NCBI GenBank assembly: GCA_013415695.1
Contig: JAAEEP010000006.1
Location: forward strand, 21,318 to 85,317
Source of the DNA: Methanomassiliicoccales archaeon
GTDB taxonomy: Archaea > Thermoplasmatota > Thermoplasmata > Methanomassiliicoccales > JAAEEP01
Direction: 5' to 3'
Length of the DNA: 64,000 nt
Part shown: positions 9,401 to 17,140 of the stretch, one piece after another
Position numbering within the stretch: position 1 is the stretch's first letter
Layout: every line of letters begins with the position of its first letter
Translations under genes and position numbers: made by a program
Notes under the pieces: model-generated
Database searches by the model: none
What the model saw: only the letters and a program-made list of their open reading frames with translations
What the model was told of the DNA's origin: nothing

Positions 9401-9495
9401 ACTTTGACACCGACCTCGGCTAGGTCTAATGCCGCTTGAATTCCTGCTATTCCTCCACCAACAACAAGTACTGAGTTAGGCTCGTTGTCGGTCAA
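6472..9495 (-). CDS. hdrA: Double-length HdrA-like flavoprotein (about 1007 aa) with substitutions in conserved Cys motifs of the N-half
   Basis: Same architecture as 2695-5700. The probable TTG start at 9495 follows SD GGGAGGA and aligns with the paralog N-termini (LTDNEPNSVLVVGGGIAGIQ); the track start 9552 is also TTG. It carries TNDYSICIL and CMGRGDCIEKC instead of TNDC..C and CxGCGxCxxxC. Confidence 0.85.
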   Translation of the reverse strand: MTDNEPNSVLVVGGGIAGIQAALDLAEVGVKVYLVEEDPSIGGKMAQLDKTFPTNDYSICILAPKMVDCYGHPNINVLTHSKVIGLEGDKGDFKVKVLRKATYIDQEKCMGRGDCIEKCPVKGVLDYWELGLSTRKAIYIPFPQAVPKTAVIDPETCLYLTQGKCGICAKVCEYDAINFDMEDEEIEFEVNSVILCPGFDECNASMKTEYGYEFFKNVVSSREFERILSTAGPYEGQLLRPSDKKAPNRIAFLQCVGSRDDKVGNTYCSSVCCMHALKAAMIAKNRLNKVEPHIFFMDVRTVGKEFEDYRIRAEQEEGVVIHRGTRVASIDEDDDENLIVHYSDGERLVEETFDLVVLSVGVCPTTSAGEISKVFGVELNKDGFCSTSVWDPLSTSRDGIYVCGTFSAPKDIPASVAEASGTASKALSTVTEREKVSILRKDYPSEKDVQGEKPRIGVFVCHCGRNIGGVVNVKKVVQATKELPDVISVSDFLYACSQDALELMKEKIEEHRLNRIVIASCSPRTHELLFQNCIREAGLNQYLLEMANIRDQCSWVHMNEKRKATAKANDLVKMAVAKVRLVEPLTTPTFPIGHSVTVIGGGLAGMTSALEIASNGYEVDLIERSDRLGGHLNRVLFKQDGKTGREAADEMISRVMSNDRVTVHLETEIEEVAGFVGNFVLNTNGGPIKAGAIIVATGAEEYQPQEYFYGEDDRVVTQLELAEMMAEKPLEAKNVVMIQCVGSRTEDNPMCSCICCTTAMNNAINVMRSNPGSNVFVFCKDIRTYGLREDLYREACELGVKFIRMPDAEMPEVKMEDGRLLVSANDFILGDEVVVNADLLVLSTGIRPREDSSKLARMLKIHLSKDGFFQEAHMKLRPVEFSTEGIYMAGLAHWPKLANESIAQGAAVASKAMTIIAKSELEGMAPVPVIDELKCRACGICQEVCAFSAVDMKEDSTGALKASVNPALCKGCGSCGAACPVGAIVLMHYTDSQLLAEACVALKEVME
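7265..7377. repeat. Partner of the 3488-3600 near-identical block
   Basis: See 3488-3600. Confidence 0.85.
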
Positions 9496-9633
9496 GCTCT
9501 TCCTCCCTTTTCTGCAATCTAGGTCCTCCCTGATTTCGTCCCAATAGCCCAATTGTGAGGGTCATGATGTTGAATCTCGCCCTCCCGTCTCAGATGGATG
9601 ATGCTTCGTAAGAAGGCAAAATCCATCCGATAA

Positions 9634-9657
9634 GGTTTTAAAAGCCCATTTTTAAAT
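9634..9657 (-). promoter_or_regulatory. Candidate TATA-like elements for the hdr supercluster
   Basis: The minus strand reads CTTTTAAAA and TTTAAAAAT, about 140-160 nt upstream of the proposed TTG start at 9495. Sequence inspection only. Confidence 0.25.
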
Positions 9658-10253
9658 TCCCAAAAAAGAACGAAGCTTCGTAGACATGTTGAAAGGAGCG
9701 ACCTCCGGCTAGAGCGTGTGTCGTTTTCCCAACACGAGCCAGAGTTGAGTTTTCTCGTGGTCTCCATTCTCATTCCTCGACTCTTCGACTGGTCCTTGGA
9801 AGCTTGCCCAAAGGTCGAATTCCTCAGAAGGAATACGATTATGTCAGCAGTTCCGTCCAATTCCCATCACACCATAACCATCCTTACGATAAGCGGCAAT
9901 GTTGGAACCGTGGGGCTTCCGTTGACATCTTCAAATTCCCGACTGGATATTAACCCAAAAGGGGATTCGATTTTCATAGGTGAAGCGTAACTCGGCTATT
10001 TGATATTTACTCCGAACTAGTTTCAGATTTTCATCCCGTATATTTTATTTCTCGTTTTCAAGCAACGAATATTTTCTATTAATTACACAATTGTTATGAT
10101 ATTCGTAATCATAAAGATAAAAATCAAGAAATCAAAGATTCGAATCAAGAATAAAACATAGGTGATGATTGATGATGTTTCTTGCTTTTTTCGAAATCAT
10201 TTGCCCTTGACCTCGGATCTGATTTCTTGAAATGCGTATCAATCATATGTAAT

Positions 10254-11006
10254 ATGAAAAACGTAGAAAGAGATTTAATTCAAATAACCCTGCCGTTCCC
10301 TGTGATCATTCTCCTGGTTACCGCAACGGTTCTCGGGGCAATGGCCGCTGTGACGATCATCAGTCTAAGGAGTTACATGAATTCCAAGGAAGGATGCGAC
10401 CAGGGGTCAATGGTCCCAAAACTCGACGGTATCACAAAGATCATTTGGAGGGGCAGGATCAGTAATCAAAGGCCAAGGGTGTTGGTAAACGGGCCCGAGG
10501 TGAAATCCCAAGTCTGCCAGATCTGTCTGGGAAGGATCAAAGAGGGTTCAAACCATCTGGAGTGTAATTGCGGCAGAACTTTTCACATCATCTGCCTCTC
10601 GCGCACGGGCTTCTGCCCTTATTGTCATGAACCCTATGAGAACCTGATACCTCAAACGGGAAACATTCAATCATTTCTGACATGCCCCCTATGTGGCATC
10701 AATCTAGAACCAGGATCAAGAAGATGTGAATGTGGTGCAATATTCCAGGAGGAAGGAGTTGACTTCTGCTGCCCCATCTGCGGGACCCATATCTCCGAGG
10801 AAAACACAGTCTGTCCCTATTGCGGGGAGATATTCGATTGCTATCGTCTCATCAATTGCCCTGTCTGCGGACTTATGATCGATGAGGATACAGAGGTCTG
10901 CGATTGCGGGGCGGTCCTTATTGATCGCTGCCCTGGGTGTGATGCCCCCCTGGGAGCGGAGGATAGGTACTGCATAAGTTGTGGCGCAGAATTCGAGTTC
11001 ATTTGA
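10254..11006 (+). CDS. Single-pass membrane protein with a C4HC3 cross-brace-like finger followed by four zinc ribbons
   Basis: ATG 10254 (the track start 10182 lies in AT-rich DNA). TM segment ITLPFPVIILLVTATVLGAMAAVTIISL. Finger CQICLGRIKEGSNHLECNCGRTFHIICLSRTGFCPYC, then CPLCG..CECG, CPICG..CPYCG, CPVCG..CDCG and CPGC..CISCG. Confidence 0.7.
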   Translation: MKNVERDLIQITLPFPVIILLVTATVLGAMAAVTIISLRSYMNSKEGCDQGSMVPKLDGITKIIWRGRISNQRPRVLVNGPEVKSQVCQICLGRIKEGSNHLECNCGRTFHIICLSRTGFCPYCHEPYENLIPQTGNIQSFLTCPLCGINLEPGSRRCECGAIFQEEGVDFCCPICGTHISEENTVCPYCGEIFDCYRLINCPVCGLMIDEDTEVCDCGAVLIDRCPGCDAPLGAEDRYCISCGAEFEFI

Positions 11007-11100
11007 ATACCCTTCCTGAGCATTGTGGCGAAGAGAATGGATTTAAGTATTTCCAACCGTATTCGCCAACCCGAATTCTAAACATCTGGGATGGGAAATC

Positions 11101-12180
11101 ATGAAATCCATCATTGACAGGGCATTGGAGGCTCACGAGGAATCTGTGGACGAAGAGGGAATTGAGCAACCTGGCCTTCCTATGGAGTCAGACGAAGAGC
11201 TAAGGAAGCTGGTAGAGTCTCTTCAGGTGAGCATAACAATCATGGGTTGCGGAGGTGGCGGTTCAAACACCATCCGCAGGATCAACGAAGCGGGAATAAT
11301 AGGCGCCACGCTAGTAGCTGCAAACAGTGATGCCAAGCACCTACTTTCCATTCAGGCACCGAACAAGATACTTCTAGGCAGGACGATCACAAGAGGGCTT
11401 GGAGCAGGGGCGCAGCCGGACGTAGGTAGAAGAGCCACTGACGAGGCCAGAACTGACATCATGAGATTCATCCAGAACCAGGACATCGTGTTCATCACCG
11501 CGGGAATGGGCGGCGGTACGGGAACTGGCTCCGCTCCCTACGTTGCAGAGCTTTCCAAACGAACCAGCAGGCTTGTGATGGGTATTGTCACTCTCCCTTT
11601 CAGGGCTGAGGGGAAACTAAGAAGGGAAAATGCCCTCAGAGGTCTGGACCTCATGAAAGAATTCTGCGATACCACCATTGTTGTGGAGAACGACAAGTTG
11701 TTGGAACTGGTGCCGAAGCTCCCAATCGAAGCCGCTTTCAGGGTAGCTGATGAGGTTTTAATGCAGTCCATCAAGGGCATAACCGAGATCATCACCAAGC
11801 CCGCACTGGTCAATGTCGACTTCAACGACATGATGACCATCATGGAGAACGGCGGCGTGGCAATGATAGGTATCGGTGAATCAGATTCCAGCAATGGAAG
11901 GGTGGAGGAAGCGGTGTCAGAGGCCATGTCTTCACCACTCCTGGGTGACATCGATGTGAAATCAGCGAAAGGCGCGTTGATCCGTGTTGTTGGTGGACCT
12001 GATATGACCGTTTCCGAGGCGGAGAAGGCTGCCAGGCTCATAGGAGATCAGATCAACCCGATGTCAAGGATCATCTGGGGATGCGCTGTGGAGCCAGAGG
12101 TTGAGGGCACTATCAAGGTGCTGGTGGTCATCACAGGCGTAAAGTCACCCCAGTTCATAGAAAAAGGTACTATCCTTTAA
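11101..12180 (+). CDS. ftsZ: Cell division GTPase FtsZ
   Basis: GCGGGGSNTIRRI, tubulin signature GMGGGTGTGSAP, and T7-loop NVDFNDMMTIM. Confidence 0.9.
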   Translation: MKSIIDRALEAHEESVDEEGIEQPGLPMESDEELRKLVESLQVSITIMGCGGGGSNTIRRINEAGIIGATLVAANSDAKHLLSIQAPNKILLGRTITRGLGAGAQPDVGRRATDEARTDIMRFIQNQDIVFITAGMGGGTGTGSAPYVAELSKRTSRLVMGIVTLPFRAEGKLRRENALRGLDLMKEFCDTTIVVENDKLLELVPKLPIEAAFRVADEVLMQSIKGITEIITKPALVNVDFNDMMTIMENGGVAMIGIGESDSSNGRVEEAVSEAMSSPLLGDIDVKSAKGALIRVVGGPDMTVSEAEKAARLIGDQINPMSRIIWGCAVEPEVEGTIKVLVVITGVKSPQFIEKGTIL

Positions 12181-12198
12181 GACCGGTGAATAGAGGAC

Positions 12199-12510
12199 AT
12201 GGTAGTCAAGGACAAGAGGGGTAGAAGGCGGTACATTGCCTTCGTCCTAACCCAAGGTGGCCCGATTACTAAGAGCGGGCTCATCACGCTCCTGAGGGAA
12301 GCATCCAGAGAGTATAGGATTGAAGAACCGAGGGTGATCGAATTCGATGGGACGAAGGGCATAGTGAGATGCGGCCACCTTCTAAAGGAAGAGACTCTGG
12401 CGATCCTCGGTTCCTTCAGTGAACGAAAGGATGGCATTGAGGTCAAGACATTGAGCACTTCGGGGACGTTGAGGAAACTGAGAGAGCAATACTTCAATTC
12501 AGAAAATTGA
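12199..12510 (+). CDS. rnp2: RNase P protein component 2 (Pop5/Rnp2)
   Basis: 103 aa. RRRYIAF, GIVRC and TLSTSGTLRKLREQY match the archaeal Pop5 layout. Confidence 0.75.
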   Translation: MVVKDKRGRRRYIAFVLTQGGPITKSGLITLLREASREYRIEEPRVIEFDGTKGIVRCGHLLKEETLAILGSFSERKDGIEVKTLSTSGTLRKLREQYFNSEN

Positions 12511-12589
12511 CGAACCAGTTGCTAGCTGCTCTATCCATGGCATTACTTGGACAGGATAACGGGGGCTAATGCACCCTAGGAACTCAATC

Positions 12590-12629
12590 CAGCTACCCCA
12601 CCGCAAGTAGCTGAGTCATTTTCTTTTAT
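12590..12629 (+). terminator. Hairpin plus T-tract after rnp2
   Basis: CAGCTAC (12590-96) pairs with GTAGCTG (12607-13), followed by CATTTTCTTTTA. Confidence 0.4.
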
Positions 12630-12752
12630 GTAAACCATGGACCTAATCTGGATTTCATTCAACCTCGTGATTAATAATATATAGCTAGTAAAGTAGATAT
12701 TAACAATGTTCACAACACGAATGATACCTTCTTGTAATGGAGGAACGAAGGA

Positions 12753-14495
12753 ATGGCACAAAGCAAGGAAGGGACGATAGCGATCTATATTTGCTCTGAA
12801 CAGGACAAAATGTGTGATTTCATTGATCTTGAAAGCATCAGGGATATGCTCCTCCGTGAGAAGGACGTGGTCGATGTTCTCATACATCACCAACTCTGTG
12901 CCGTGGATGAGATCATCAAGATCGTGGAGAGATATCGAGAGCACAAGCCTGAGAGAGTCCTGTTGGGTTGCTGCCAGACCGCAACAAGTGAACGATTAAG
13001 GGAGTCATTGATAGAAGCTGGCCTGAACAAGTACCTCTATGAGAGGGTGAACCTCAAGGAGCTTGTCATGCTAGTCCATATAGACAGGGAGAGGTCGACT
13101 AGAAGGGCAAAATCCCTGCTGCTGAGCGGTTTGGCCCGCTTGCGGCGGGCCAAGCCGTTGGATGATATTGTCATGCCCATACGGGACAGCGTCCTCATCA
13201 TTGGAGGCGGCATAGCCGGAATGGCATCCGCGAAGGCCATTGCTGACGAGGGTTTCAAGGTCTATCTGGTGGAGAAGGAAAAACGACTTGGAGGGAGAGC
13301 GTATCAACTATCTACCACCTTCCCAACCCATGAATGCGGAATATGCTGCATGAGGTACTGCAAGGAGTGTGTTCTTACTCCAAAGATACCAGAAATCGCA
13401 ACACATCCTAATATCGAGGTTATGCTGAATAGTAATGTCACGCATATATCTGGGCGCTTTGGAGAGAGGCATATCGAGGTTGAATCGAATGGTGACATGC
13501 AAGAATTCGATGTTGGGATCATCATAGTGGCGACTGGCTCCAAAACCTTCGACCCCATTTCACTCCCAGAGTACAATTACGATAGGTTGGAGAATGTGGT
13601 GACCTCCATGGAGTTCTGCGACATCATGGCCAAAGCAAGCACCGCAGATTTCAGAAGGCCTTCCGACAACAAGATTCCCAAGGTTGTGAACTTCGTACTC
13701 TGCGTAGGATCCCGCGACTGCCATCGAGCCAACAACTACTGCTCCATAGTATGCTGCACATACGCGATCGGTTCGGCCAAGGAGTTTAAATTGGCCCACC
13801 CGGAGACAGAAGTCTACATACACTTCATCGATCTCAGAGGCCCATACAGGGGGTTCGAAACACTTCTTCTCGAGGCCAGGGAAGCAGGCGTGATATTCAT
13901 CAGGGGACGTGTGGCAGAGATAATCGATGATGACGGCGAGATACTGCTCAGGGTGGAGGATGCAGACGCTGGAGAGCTCTTGAACATCCATAGCGATCTC
14001 GTGATCCTCGCCGTGGGTCAGGAGCCAAGCGTTGGTTCGGAGGAGCTGGGGAAGATGCTCCGACTGCAGGTTGACATTGACGGATTCTTGAAGGACTTCA
14101 ACCCGATGTATCCTGAGGAGATTAGGAAGGGGATCTATGTGGTGGGTTGTGCCCAGGGTCCCAAGGGAATAAGATACTCCATCGACGACGCTAAGAGGAC
14201 AGCATTCGAAGTCATTAACCTCCTGAACAAGGGTGAGATATCAATTGATAATCTTGTCGCTGAGGTCAATGAGCATACCTGCCGTGGGTGCGGTCGATGC
14301 GTGGAGAACTGTCCCTTCGAAGCCGTTGAGCTGGTGGAAAAGGGTGACGAGAAGATCGCCCAAGTCGATGAAATGGTCTGCGAAGGATGTGGTATCTGCT
14401 CGGTGGTCTGCTGCAACAAATCGATAACCATGAGACATTATACGAGAGACAGCCTGCTTTCCCAGGTTCGCTCGGTGATCAAGGAGGTCAGCTAA
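12753..14495 (+). CDS. hdrA: Short HdrA-like flavoprotein (580 aa) with a degenerate CHCG-type N-domain and an extra Cys insertion
   Basis: The N-domain-like segment has YICSEQ instead of VCHCG. Then IIGGGIAGMASAKAIADEG, LSTTFPTHECGICCMRYCKECVLTPK, CVGSRD..YCSIVCCTYA, and C-terminal CRGCGRCVENCP plus CEGCGICSVVC. SD GGAGG lies 9 nt upstream of the ATG. Confidence 0.8.
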   Translation: MAQSKEGTIAIYICSEQDKMCDFIDLESIRDMLLREKDVVDVLIHHQLCAVDEIIKIVERYREHKPERVLLGCCQTATSERLRESLIEAGLNKYLYERVNLKELVMLVHIDRERSTRRAKSLLLSGLARLRRAKPLDDIVMPIRDSVLIIGGGIAGMASAKAIADEGFKVYLVEKEKRLGGRAYQLSTTFPTHECGICCMRYCKECVLTPKIPEIATHPNIEVMLNSNVTHISGRFGERHIEVESNGDMQEFDVGIIIVATGSKTFDPISLPEYNYDRLENVVTSMEFCDIMAKASTADFRRPSDNKIPKVVNFVLCVGSRDCHRANNYCSIVCCTYAIGSAKEFKLAHPETEVYIHFIDLRGPYRGFETLLLEAREAGVIFIRGRVAEIIDDDGEILLRVEDADAGELLNIHSDLVILAVGQEPSVGSEELGKMLRLQVDIDGFLKDFNPMYPEEIRKGIYVVGCAQGPKGIRYSIDDAKRTAFEVINLLNKGEISIDNLVAEVNEHTCRGCGRCVENCPFEAVELVEKGDEKIAQVDEMVCEGCGICSVVCCNKSITMRHYTRDSLLSQVRSVIKEVS

Positions 14496-16108
14496 TGGAG
14501 GGGGAGGCTTTCGATCCGGTCGTGGTCACATTCGCCTGCAACTGGTGCGGTTATCCCGCAGCGAGATTGACCGGAGTTCAGAACATCGATTATCCATCGG
14601 GAATCAAGATCGTTCGGGTGATGTGTACTGGGAGGGTCGATCCGGCCATGATAATGAAGGCCTTCGAGTACGGCGCGGACGGTGTGGCCCTCGTCGGTTG
14701 CCGCATGGACGAGTGCCACTTCCTTGAGGGAAACAAGAAGGCCAAAGAGAGAGTGGAAGCGATAAAGAAGATCCTCGATTACATCGGTCTTGATGGGGGT
14801 CGTCTGGAAGCTGAGTGGTTGGCCGCAGCCGAGACAAAGAAATTCGCAAAGCTCACTAACGACCTCGTCTCGAAGATAAAGGAACTCGGTCCAAACCCCA
14901 TTCCGCGAATCGGTGAGATGGGTGAGGAGGAGGCTGTCTTCGACAAGGACGCGATCGATGATATTATCTCGAGCACCAGCGCCCACGACTGCGTGGAGTG
15001 CGGTAAGTGCACTAGCGTATGCCCGGTGGCCAGGTTCGATGAGGAGTTCGCTCCCAGGAGAATAGTGCTTCGAGCCCTTGAGGGAGTGTCCGACAAACTT
15101 GCCGAAGACAAGGACATATGGTCCTGCATCACCTGCGAGATGTGCAATGCTATGTGCCCCTACGAGGTCGATTACTCCGAGTTCATCAGGAGAATGAGAT
15201 CGGAGGCCGTGCTGTTAGGGGGAAGGCATGATTCGATAATCAAGGAATGCCCCCAAGGTGGGATGCTGCAGAGCATGATGAGGATCATGGCATATACCGA
15301 GAAGCAGAATAGGCTCTCCTGGATACCTGAGGATGTGAGGATCCAGACAACGGGAGATGTCTTCTACTTCACAGGTTGTCTTCCCCACATGGACTTGGTG
15401 TTCAGAGACCGGGAATTGGACCTTACCCAGACCGCAGTGAGCGCTATCAAGCTTCTGAACCACGCTGGTATCGAGCCCGTGGTGAGCAACAACGAGGTCT
15501 GCTGTGGTCACGATCTCAATTGGGTAGGTGATGAGGATAGTTTCGAGCTGCTGATGAACAAGAACATCGAGGCCATTAAGGAGAGTGGGGCAAAGACGGT
15601 GGTCTTCACCTGCCCCGAGGGACTTAGAACCTTCGATATTGATTACAGGGACATACTTGGGGATCTGGATTTCGAAGTGATGCACATCTCGGAGTTCCTT
15701 CTGGAGCTTGCGGATGAAGGCGATATCGACCTCTCCTCGGACAACAGTGGAACAGTGACCCTTCACGAGTCCTGTAGGCTGGGCAGGCATCTGGGCATCT
15801 ACGATCCGCCGCGAGAGCTACTGGAAAGAGCGGGGATCGAGATCAAGGAAATGGAGAACGTAAGGGACAAGGCCATCTGTTGTGGTGTCAGCTCTTTCGT
15901 GGCATGCAGCGAATCGGCTCAAAAAATGCAGCTCGAGAGAATAATGGAGGCCAAGAGGACTGAAGCAGAGACCCTTCTGACAGTCTGCCCCAAGTGCAGG
16001 ATACACCTGAGCTGCGCGATCTCAAAGGAGATCCCTTGTGACCGCGAGTTGGTGGACATTCCTATCGAGGATTATACTGTGTACCTTGCTAGGCACTTGA
16101 ACCTATGA
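14495..16108 (+). CDS. MvhD-HdrC-HdrB triple fusion (537 aa)
   Basis: ATG 14495 overlaps the upstream stop (TAATG) and follows AAGGAGG. MvhD part: VVVTFACNWCGYPAARLTG..GCRMDECHF. HdrC part: CVECGKCTSVCP and CITCEMCNAMCP. HdrB CCG part: VCCGHD and AICCGV. The track extension from 14387 is rejected. Confidence 0.85.
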   Translation: MEGEAFDPVVVTFACNWCGYPAARLTGVQNIDYPSGIKIVRVMCTGRVDPAMIMKAFEYGADGVALVGCRMDECHFLEGNKKAKERVEAIKKILDYIGLDGGRLEAEWLAAAETKKFAKLTNDLVSKIKELGPNPIPRIGEMGEEEAVFDKDAIDDIISSTSAHDCVECGKCTSVCPVARFDEEFAPRRIVLRALEGVSDKLAEDKDIWSCITCEMCNAMCPYEVDYSEFIRRMRSEAVLLGGRHDSIIKECPQGGMLQSMMRIMAYTEKQNRLSWIPEDVRIQTTGDVFYFTGCLPHMDLVFRDRELDLTQTAVSAIKLLNHAGIEPVVSNNEVCCGHDLNWVGDEDSFELLMNKNIEAIKESGAKTVVFTCPEGLRTFDIDYRDILGDLDFEVMHISEFLLELADEGDIDLSSDNSGTVTLHESCRLGRHLGIYDPPRELLERAGIEIKEMENVRDKAICCGVSSFVACSESAQKMQLERIMEAKRTEAETLLTVCPKCRIHLSCAISKEIPCDRELVDIPIEDYTVYLARHLNL

Positions 16109-16304
16109 TGGACGAGGATTAGGACATCATGAGTTTAGAGACCCGTGAGAATTCACAATCCCTCCTCCAACCCTTTGTTCTAGGGAAATGTTCAACAATG
16201 ATGTTATTCAATCAAATTGGAAATTCAGAAAGAATCGAATGACCCGATCGAACTCAATTGCTGCCCTTTTATTTGTGAAATAGTTGAGCGAAAACTCGGT
16301 CAAT

Positions 16305-16350
16305 GGGATGCATCCCAGAGGGATGTCGAGACAATAGCTATATATTTAAG
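16305..16350 (+). promoter_or_regulatory. Perfect 12-bp palindrome GGGATGCATCCC (plus a third GGGATG half-site) next to a TATA-like CTATATATTTAAG upstream of psmA
   Basis: Read directly. Palindrome at 16305-16316, GGGATG again at 16321-16326, AT box at 16338-16350, ATG at 16411. Confidence 0.35.
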
Positions 16351-16410
16351 TAGTTGTTTAGGCAGATAGCGTAGCGAAGCCTATATGTGTAATTAATAAG
16401 GAGTGATGAA

Positions 16411-17133
16411 ATGCAGCCAGGACAGATGGCATACGACAGGGCCATAACCGTCTTCTCACCTGATGGAAGGTTGTTCCAGGTTGAATACGCTAGAGAGGCG
16501 GTGAAGAGGGGTACCACGACTGTCGGCCTCAAATTCAAGGACGGCGTGGTCCTGATCGTAGACAAGAGAATTGCCAGTCGCCTTATGGAACCTAAATCCA
16601 TTGAGAAGATATTCCGCATCGATGAGCATATTGGATGCGCCACTTCAGGATTGGTGGCCGATGCAAGGATCCTCGTAGACCAGGCCAGGGTGATCGCCCA
16701 AATAAGCAAGATCACCTATGACGAAAAGATGGGAGTGGAGGCCTTGGTAAAAAGGATCTGTGATTTCAAGCAGAACTACACGCAGTACGGTGGAGTTCGT
16801 CCTTTTGGCACGGCACTATTAGTGGCCGGAGTGGATGAACAAGGCGAGCACCTTTTCGAGACCGATCCAAGCGGCGCCCTCGTATCATACAAGGCAGGGA
16901 GCATTGGTGCTGGCCGAAACTCGGTCATGGAGGTCTTCGAGGAGGACTATCAGGAGAACATAGAGATGGAAGAGGCCATACTTCTCGGTCTAAAGGCTCT
17001 TCTGAAGGCGACCGATGAGGACAAGCTCAACCCTAAGGCGGTAGAGATCGGCATCGTGAGGAGAGACGAGAACTTCAGGCAGCTTGAGGAGTCTGAGGTA
17101 GAGTCCTACATCTCGAAGCTCGGCTCAGAATAA
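16411..17133 (+). CDS. psmA: Proteasome alpha subunit
   Basis: [27 protein letters not shown]. Confidence 0.95.
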   Translation: MQPGQMAYDRAITVFSPDGRLFQVEYAREAVKRGTTTVGLKFKDGVVLIVDKRIASRLMEPKSIEKIFRIDEHIGCATSGLVADARILVDQARVIAQISKITYDEKMGVEALVKRICDFKQNYTQYGGVRPFGTALLVAGVDEQGEHLFETDPSGALVSYKAGSIGAGRNSVMEVFEEDYQENIEMEEAILLGLKALLKATDEDKLNPKAVEIGIVRRDENFRQLEESEVESYISKLGSE

Positions 17134-17140
17134 GGTGAAA

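Noticed and set aside
10137-10146. GATTCGAATC, and GGTTCGAA-like strings elsewhere, as tRNA T-arm signatures
   Set aside because: The contexts are AT-rich spacer or coding sequence, and no acceptor or anticodon stems can be drawn.
14387-14494. N-terminal extensions of track ORFs into upstream genes (also 2699-2806, 6476-6694, 30238-30438, 43447-43650, 49418-49516 and 49792-49848)
   Set aside because: The extensions overlap the 3' ends of recognisable upstream genes and lack homolog-like sequence. The downstream starts have SD motifs and align with family N-termini.
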